A stretch of 32,000 bases of DNA from Marinobacterium sp. (lineage in GTDB: Bacteria > Pseudomonadota > Gammaproteobacteria > Pseudomonadales > Balneatricaceae), in contig JAUWAC010000006.1 in NCBI GenBank assembly GCA_030602245.1, positions 105,245 to 137,244 of the forward strand, in the 5' to 3' direction. Positions 26,730-32,000 of this stretch are shown here, piece by piece. The translations under genes and the position numbers were made by a program. The number at the start of each line of letters is the position of its first letter. Position 1 is the first letter of the stretch. Below the pieces are notes generated by a model that was not told the DNA's origin, did not search any database, and saw nothing but the letters and a program-made list of their open reading frames with translations.

Positions 26730-28129
26730 TCCGGCATGACGCCCAGTGCACGCAGCGAGTCGAGGGTCAGGTCGAGGCAGTGACGGGCGCGGCTCAGCAG
26801 CTGGTCGATCTGTTCGCGGGTGATAATCAGCGGAGGGGCCAGTACCATGCGGTTGCCACAGGCGCGCATCACCAGACCGTTGGCGAAGCAGTGATCGCGA
26901 CAGATCGTGCCCACGTCCAGATCGGAGGCAAAAAAGGTTTTCGGTGCTTTCGACTGCACCAGTGCCATGCCTGCGACCAGCCCGACACCCTCGATATGAC
27001 CGATCAACGGATGGTCACCGAGGCGCTCGCGCAGCTGCTGCTGGAACCAGGGACCGGTGTCGTCGCGCACGCGGTCGATGATGCCTTCAGCCTCGAGCAG
27101 GCGCAGGTTTTCCAGCGCCACGGCGCAGGCGACCGGGTGCCCGGAGTAGGTAAAGCCGTGGCCGAACTCACCGCCGCCTTCGATCAGTGCGTTGGCGACA
27201 CGGTCACCAACCGCCACGGCCGAGATCGGCTGGTAGCCGGAGGAGAGTCCTTTCGCCATCGACATCAGATCCGGCTCGATGCCGAAGGTCTGACTGCCAA
27301 ACCAGTTGCCGGTACGACCAAAGCCGCAGATCACCTCATCCGCGACCAGCAGAATGTCGTACTGGCGGCAGATGCGCTGAATCTCGGCCCAGTAACCGGG
27401 CGGTGGCACGATGACACCGCCGGCCCCCTGAATCGGCTCGCCGACGAAGGCGGCCACGTTATCGGGGCCGACCTCGAGGATTTTGGCTTCCAGCGCGGCG
27501 GCGGCTTCCCGTGCGAAGGCGTCCGCTGACAGCTCCCCGCCCTCGCCATACCAGTAAGGCTGACGGATATGTTCGATGCCGGGCAGCCAGGGGCCGCCCT
27601 GTTTGTGCATCGCCGCCATACCGCCCAGGCTGGTGCCGGCAATCGTACTGCCGTGGTAGGCGTTGTGACGGGCGATCAGCACCTTGCGCCAGGGCTTGCC
27701 GGCGACTTCCCAGTAGCGTCGCACGAGCCGGATGACGGTATCGATCGCTTCGGAGCCGGAGTTGGCGAAGAAGATGTGATTCAGATCACCGGGTGTCAGC
27801 TCGGCGAGCCGGCTGGCCAGTCGGGTCGCGGGCGCGGTGGTGGTCTGAAAAAAGGTGTTGTAGTAGGGCAGCTGCTGCATCTGGCGGCTGGCGGCGTCGA
27901 CCAGTTCCTGACGGCCATAGCCGATATTGACGCACCAGAGTCCCGACATGCCGTCGATCAGCTGCTGGCCCTCGGTGTCCCACAGGTAGATGCCGTCGGC
28001 GCGGTCGATGACGCGGCTGCCGCGGCGATTCAGCGCGGCGCTGTCGGTGAACGGGTGCAGATGATGTGCGGCATCCTGCTGGCGCAGCTCAGTGTCGCCG
28101 CTATCTGCCGTGTTGTGCTGTGCATCCAT
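26726..28129 (-). CDS. Class-III omega-aminotransferase (putrescine/beta-alanine--pyruvate aminotransferase-like, SpuC family)
   Basis: MDAQHNTAD...HHLHPFTD...WCVNIGYGR...FFANSGSEA...HGST.AG...LVADEVICGFGRTGNWFG...MSMAKGLSSGY; 467 aa. The ATG is at 28129 with ggagatttacc upstream. The track ORF extends spuriously to 28975. Confidence 0.88.
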   Translation of the reverse strand: MDAQHNTADSGDTELRQQDAAHHLHPFTDSAALNRRGSRVIDRADGIYLWDTEGQQLIDGMSGLWCVNIGYGRQELVDAASRQMQQLPYYNTFFQTTTAPATRLASRLAELTPGDLNHIFFANSGSEAIDTVIRLVRRYWEVAGKPWRKVLIARHNAYHGSTIAGTSLGGMAAMHKQGGPWLPGIEHIRQPYWYGEGGELSADAFAREAAAALEAKILEVGPDNVAAFVGEPIQGAGGVIVPPPGYWAEIQRICRQYDILLVADEVICGFGRTGNWFGSQTFGIEPDLMSMAKGLSSGYQPISAVAVGDRVANALIEGGGEFGHGFTYSGHPVACAVALENLRLLEAEGIIDRVRDDTGPWFQQQLRERLGDHPLIGHIEGVGLVAGMALVQSKAPKTFFASDLDVGTICRDHCFANGLVMRACGNRMVLAPPLIITREQIDQLLSRARHCLDLTLDSLRALGVMPD

Positions 28130-28237
28130 GGTAAATCTCCGTTGACTGACCGCTCCACAATAACGCCTCGGCAGGGCTGGCGAACAGTCCGGGCGCGCGA
28201 TATGTTGTCGGATATCAGCAAAGCTTCGGGAGCACGC

Positions 28238-28987
28238 ATGAAGATAGGGATTCTGGCAACCGGCATCACGCCTGCGGAACTGTTGAGCCAGCACGGCTCG
28301 TATGCGGACATGTTTATCGACATGCTGGGGCCGCGGGCGCCGGGCATGACGTTCGAGGTGTTCGACGTGCGCGAGGAGCGTTTTCCGGACAACCCGGAGC
28401 AGTGTGACGGCTGGATCATTACCGGTTCCAAGTGCGGTGTGTATGACGATCTGCCCTGGATGCGCCGCCTGAAGGTGCTGATTCGTGAGACCTACGAGGC
28501 TGGCCGACCGCAGGTGGGTATCTGTTTCGGCCACCAGATCGTCGCGGCGGCATTTGGGGCGCCGGTCGCCAAGTCCGAGCGCGGCTGGGGTGTCGGTATT
28601 CATCGCTACGACATCGTCGGCAGCCATGGCTTCCTCGATGCGGGCGAACCCTCGTTCCGTATCAATGCGATGCATCAGGATCAGGTGCTCGAGGTGCCGG
28701 CGCAGGCGCAGCTGCTGGCGACCTCTGCATTCTGCCCCTGTGCCGGCCTGGTGTACGGCGATCGTATCCTGACGCTGCAGGCCCACCCGGAATTCAGCAT
28801 CGATTACGAGCGTGCGCTGCTGCTGGCGCGGCGCGGCAATGCGGTGCCGGAAGCGGTGGCCGATGCAGGGCTGGCGACCCTGGACACGGATCGGCCCACC
28901 GATACGCCCCGGGTGGCGCGCTGGATTCTGAATGTCCTGCGCTACCCCGAAACGGGTCGTGAACAGAATGAACAAAAAGGTGTTTAA
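28238..28987 (+). CDS. Class I glutamine amidotransferase (GuaA-like GATase1 domain protein)
   Basis: MKIGILATG...GWIITGS...VGICFGHQIVAAAFG (nucleophile Cys-His elbow) ...LQAHPEF (His-x-Glu); 249 aa. The track ORF start at 27569 is the shadow of the aminotransferase. Confidence 0.8.
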   Translation: MKIGILATGITPAELLSQHGSYADMFIDMLGPRAPGMTFEVFDVREERFPDNPEQCDGWIITGSKCGVYDDLPWMRRLKVLIRETYEAGRPQVGICFGHQIVAAAFGAPVAKSERGWGVGIHRYDIVGSHGFLDAGEPSFRINAMHQDQVLEVPAQAQLLATSAFCPCAGLVYGDRILTLQAHPEFSIDYERALLLARRGNAVPEAVADAGLATLDTDRPTDTPRVARWILNVLRYPETGREQNEQKGV

Positions 28988-29075
28988 GGTCTAAAAACTC
29001 CTTATTTGCGTTAACTTCAGCGTCACGGATGGGCGGACTAAGGTTTCGGCGTGATCGGGGTGCTCCGGCAGCCCG

Positions 29076-29113
29076 GAAGATCCGCCGTAACAGTCCCCCC
29101 TGAGCGGATCTTC
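29076..29113 (+). promoter_or_regulatory. Perfect 10-bp inverted repeat (gaagatccgc ... gcggatcttc) in the tctC leader
   Basis: Read directly: 18-nt spacer, ending 31 nt before the tctC ATG, with no T-tract after it. Confidence 0.3.
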
Positions 29114-29144
29114 AACACTAAAACAATAATGTTGGAGAAGACGC

Positions 29145-30131
29145 ATGAAGCAACGTCCCCTGCGCAAGCTGATGCTTGCCACCTCTCTGGTTTTCGCTAC
29201 GTCCTCAGCCATGGCTTTCGAGCCGGAACGCACCGCCGAGTGCATCGCGCCCGCCAACCCTGGCGGTGGCTGGGACTTCACCTGCCGCAGCGTCGGCAAG
29301 GTGCTGACTGATCTGGGTTACATTGAAGGCAACGTTCAGACCGTCAACATGCCGGGCGCCGGTGGCGGGGTTGCGTTTGCGCACACCCTGTCCAAGCGTG
29401 AAGGCGACAGTGCGCTGATGGTGGCGGCGAGCACCGCGACCACGACCCGTCTGGCGCAGGGCCAGTTCCGCGGCATGACCGCCGAGCAGGTCAAATGGGC
29501 CGCCGCGCTGGGGGCTGACTACGGTGTCATCGCCGTGGCGCAGGACTCACCCTACAAGACTCTGAACGAGCTGATGGATGCGATCAAGGCGGACCCGCTG
29601 TCGGTTAAATTCGGCGGTGGCAGTGCGCTTGGTGGCTGGGATCACCTGAAAGTGCTGATCGCCGCGAAAGCGGCCGGCGTGACCGAACTGCCGAAGATCA
29701 AGTATCTGGCCTATAACGGTGGCGCCGAGGCGATCACCCAGGTGGTCGGTGGCCATATTCAGGGCTTTACCGGTGACGTCTCCGAGGTGCTCGGCTTCGT
29801 GGAATCCGGCGATCTGCGCGTGCTCGCGGTACTGGCCGAAGAGCGTCTGCCGGGTGAGCTGGGCGGCATGCCGACCGCCGTTGAACAGGGTATCGACGCG
29901 GTGGCGCCGAACTGGCGCGGTTTCTACCTGCCGGCCGGCATTCCGGATGATGCCTACGAGTGGTGGACCCAGACCTACGACAAGCTGTACGCCAGCAACG
30001 AATGGAAGCAGGTGATGCAGCAGAACGGTCTGATGCCGTTCCACAAGTCCGGTGCGGAGTTCGAAGCCTTCGTTCAGCAGCAGGTGAAGGATATTCGTGA
30101 ACTCTCCATCGAAATCGGGCTGATCAAATGA
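29145..30131 (+). CDS. tctC: Tripartite tricarboxylate transporter, periplasmic substrate-binding subunit (Bug/TctC family)
   Basis: A signal peptide (LMLATSLVFATSSAMA) is followed by ECIAPANPGGGWDFTCR, NMPGAGGGVA and APNWRGFYLPAGIP, which are typical TctC motifs. Confidence 0.88.
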   Translation: MKQRPLRKLMLATSLVFATSSAMAFEPERTAECIAPANPGGGWDFTCRSVGKVLTDLGYIEGNVQTVNMPGAGGGVAFAHTLSKREGDSALMVAASTATTTRLAQGQFRGMTAEQVKWAAALGADYGVIAVAQDSPYKTLNELMDAIKADPLSVKFGGGSALGGWDHLKVLIAAKAAGVTELPKIKYLAYNGGAEAITQVVGGHIQGFTGDVSEVLGFVESGDLRVLAVLAEERLPGELGGMPTAVEQGIDAVAPNWRGFYLPAGIPDDAYEWWTQTYDKLYASNEWKQVMQQNGLMPFHKSGAEFEAFVQQQVKDIRELSIEIGLIK

Positions 30132-30568
30132 TCGGCGATCGCATCCTGGGAATCCTGATGCTCCTCCTGGCCGTCTCGTACGGCTGGGAGGCCAGTCAGT
30201 TCCCCGAGCCGTTCGGTGGTGCCGAGGCGGTCGGGCCCGAGACGTTTCCGCTGCTGCTGGCGGTAATTCTCGGCGTGTCCAGCCTCTACCTGATCGTCAA
30301 ACCCGATCAGGACCAGCCGTGGCCCGGTGTCAGGACGCTGCTGGATCTCGGTTTTGTGCTGGCGGTGCTGGCGATCTTCTCTGCCATGCTGGCCCCGGTC
30401 GGGTTCGTGATCTCCACGACGCTGATGGTAGGCGTGCTCTGCTGGCGCATGGGTGCCCGCCCGCTGCCGTCTGTGCTGACCGGCGTGAGCAGTGCGGTGG
30501 TGGTGTATCTGCTGTTCAACTTTGTGCTCGAGCTGCATCTGCCGGCCGGCATCCTCAAGCTGAGTTAA
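30128..30568 (+). CDS. tctB: Tripartite tricarboxylate transporter small membrane subunit
   Basis: 146-aa protein with four predicted TM segments between tctC and tctA. Its start overlaps the tctC stop (ATGA). Confidence 0.8.
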   Translation: MIGDRILGILMLLLAVSYGWEASQFPEPFGGAEAVGPETFPLLLAVILGVSSLYLIVKPDQDQPWPGVRTLLDLGFVLAVLAIFSAMLAPVGFVISTTLMVGVLCWRMGARPLPSVLTGVSSAVVVYLLFNFVLELHLPAGILKLS

Positions 30569-30580
30569 GGAGCCGAACTG

Positions 30581-32000
30581 ATGGAGACTCTGAATTTCCT
30601 GCTGCAGGGGTTTGCCGTCGCGTTGACGCCTGAGCACCTCATGTTCGCGGCCATCGGCGCCATCCTCGGCACCCTGATCGGTGCGCTGCCGGGTCTGGGG
30701 CCGGCCAATGGCGTCGCGATTCTGATTCCGCTCGCGTTCAGTCTGGGGCTGTCGCCGGCCGCATCGCTGATCATGCTGACATCGGTCTATGCCGGTGCCA
30801 TGTACGGCGGGCGTATTTCGAGCATCCTGCTCAATATCCCGGGTGACGAGCCGGCGATGATGACGACGCTCGATGGCTACCCGATGGCGATGAAAGGCAA
30901 GGCCGCCGAGGCGCTGGCCATTTCGGCGATTGCATCATTTATCGGCAGCCTGCTGGCGACCATCGGTCTGATCATCCTCGCCCCGATTCTGGCCCGTTTC
31001 GCACTGCATTTCGGCGCCGCCGAGTACTTTGCGCTGTTCGCGCTGGCGTTCGCAACGCTGGGCGGGATCACCGGCAAGAATCAGGTCAAGACGATTGTCG
31101 CCGCCTGTCTGGGTCTGATGATCGCCACCGTCGGGGTGGATATCTCGACCGGCAACCAGCGCTACACCTTCGACATTCTGGAGTTGTACGAAGGGGTCGA
31201 CTTCATCATCGCTATCGTCGGTCTGTTTGCGGTCAGCGAGCTGCTGTTCTTCATCGAAAAGCATGTCGGTGAAGGGCTGGCGGCCGCGAAGCTGAACAAG
31301 CTGAACCTGAAGATGAGCGATATCCTGCACGTGATTCCCACCAGCCTGCGTGGCTCGGTGCTGGGCTTTATCTCCGGCGTGCTGCCGGGAGCCGGCGCGT
31401 CGCTGGGCAGCTTTGTCAGCTATACGCTGGAGAAGCGCGTGGTTGGCAGCAAGGGGCAGTTCGGTGAGGGTGATCCGCGCGGTGTCGCGGCGCCGGAAGC
31501 GGGTAACAACGCGGCGGCCAACGGTGCACTGGTGCCCATGCTGACGCTGGGTGTGCCGGGCAGCGGTACCACGGCCGTGCTGCTGGCGATGCTGATTTCA
31601 CTCAACATCCAGCCTGGCCCGATGCTGTTCACGCAGAACGCCGAGCTGGTGTGGGGTGTCATCGCCGCGCTGCTGGTCGGTAACCTGATGCTGCTGGCGC
31701 TGAACATTCCGATGATCGGGCTGTTCGTCAAACTGCTGAGTATTCCGCCGAAATACCTGATGCCGGTGGTGACACTGGTTGCCGCGGTCGGTATCTATTC
31801 GATCAGCAACAGTGCGTTGGATCTGTACTTCATGGTCGGCTTCGGTCTGGCGGGCTACGTGCTGCGCAAGCTGGAAGTGCCGCTGGTACCGGTCATTCTT
31901 GGCATGCTGCTGGGGCCGGAGATGGAGCTGAACCTGCGCCACGCGCTGGCAATCTCCGATGGCGACTGGACGGCGCTGTTCTCCAGCGGTCTGAGTCTCA
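30581..32000 (+). CDS. tctA: Tripartite tricarboxylate transporter large permease subunit, 5' ~473 codons; runs off the window end
   Basis: Absent from the ORF track because it has no stop. Hand translation from ATG 30581 (SD aaggag) gives METLNFLLQGFAVALTPEHLMFAAIGAILGTLIGALPGLGPANGVAILIPL...YAGAMYGGRISSILLNIPGDEPAMMTTLDGYPMA, which are classic TctA motifs. Confidence 0.88.
   Translation, partial: METLNFLLQGFAVALTPEHLMFAAIGAILGTLIGALPGLGPANGVAILIPLAFSLGLSPAASLIMLTSVYAGAMYGGRISSILLNIPGDEPAMMTTLDGYPMAMKGKAAEALAISAIASFIGSLLATIGLIILAPILARFALHFGAAEYFALFALAFATLGGITGKNQVKTIVAACLGLMIATVGVDISTGNQRYTFDILELYEGVDFIIAIVGLFAVSELLFFIEKHVGEGLAAAKLNKLNLKMSDILHVIPTSLRGSVLGFISGVLPGAGASLGSFVSYTLEKRVVGSKGQFGEGDPRGVAAPEAGNNAAANGALVPMLTLGVPGSGTTAVLLAMLISLNIQPGPMLFTQNAELVWGVIAALLVGNLMLLALNIPMIGLFVKLLSIPPKYLMPVVTLVAAVGIYSISNSALDLYFMVGFGLAGYVLRKLEVPLVPVILGMLLGPEMELNLRHALAISDGDWTALFSSGLSL

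Noticed and set aside
28130-28975. N-terminal 282-aa extension of the aminotransferase ORF (track ORF 26726..28975); likewise the 5' 223 codons of the + ORF 27569..28987
   Set aside because: Each extension runs antisense through the neighbouring real gene. The internal ATGs (28129 and 28238) have SD sequences and give proteins of normal family length.
28991-29299. 102-aa minus-strand ORF upstream of and overlapping tctC
   Set aside because: It overlaps the tctC signal-peptide region in antisense and has no motif or RBS.

Overview
GC-rich bacterial chromosomal window with strong third-position GC bias, so most long antisense ORFs in the track are shadows of real genes. The housekeeping gene content looks gammaproteobacterial. 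The order grxD - peroxiredoxin - rnt - motY - argG matches what I recall of the Pseudomonas aeruginosa PA3533-PA3525 neighbourhood (from memory, unverified). Left to right: argD (partial, -), grxD, 2-Cys peroxiredoxin with a candidate OxyR box, rnt (-), motY, argG, a pseudo-receiver/TPR protein, and a small acidic orphan (-). Next is a four-gene type I secretion operon: ABC with C39-like domain, HlyD adaptor, an embedded atypical LuxR-type regulator, and a TolC-family OMP whose signal peptide is in another frame. A complete six-gene mevalonate pathway operon follows (hmgR-fni-mvaS-mvk-pmk-mvaD), with DNA polymerase II (polB) starting 4 nt after its last stop. The rest is a retropepsin-like protease, a DUF2846 lipoprotein, lutABC (-) with a divergent GntR/FCD regulator, an omega-aminotransferase (-), a class-I glutamine amidotransferase and tctCBA (tctA runs off the end). 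I found no tRNA/rRNA, CRISPR array, transposase, integrase or recognisable defence genes. No gene set here looks convincingly like an entirely new system. The items most worth a second look are the mevalonate operon in a gammaproteobacterial context with polB coupled to it, and the substrate-less T1SS operon with an internal phosphorylation-independent-looking LuxR regulator and a frameshifted OMP. All domain calls come from by-eye motif recognition in the translations; no searches were run.
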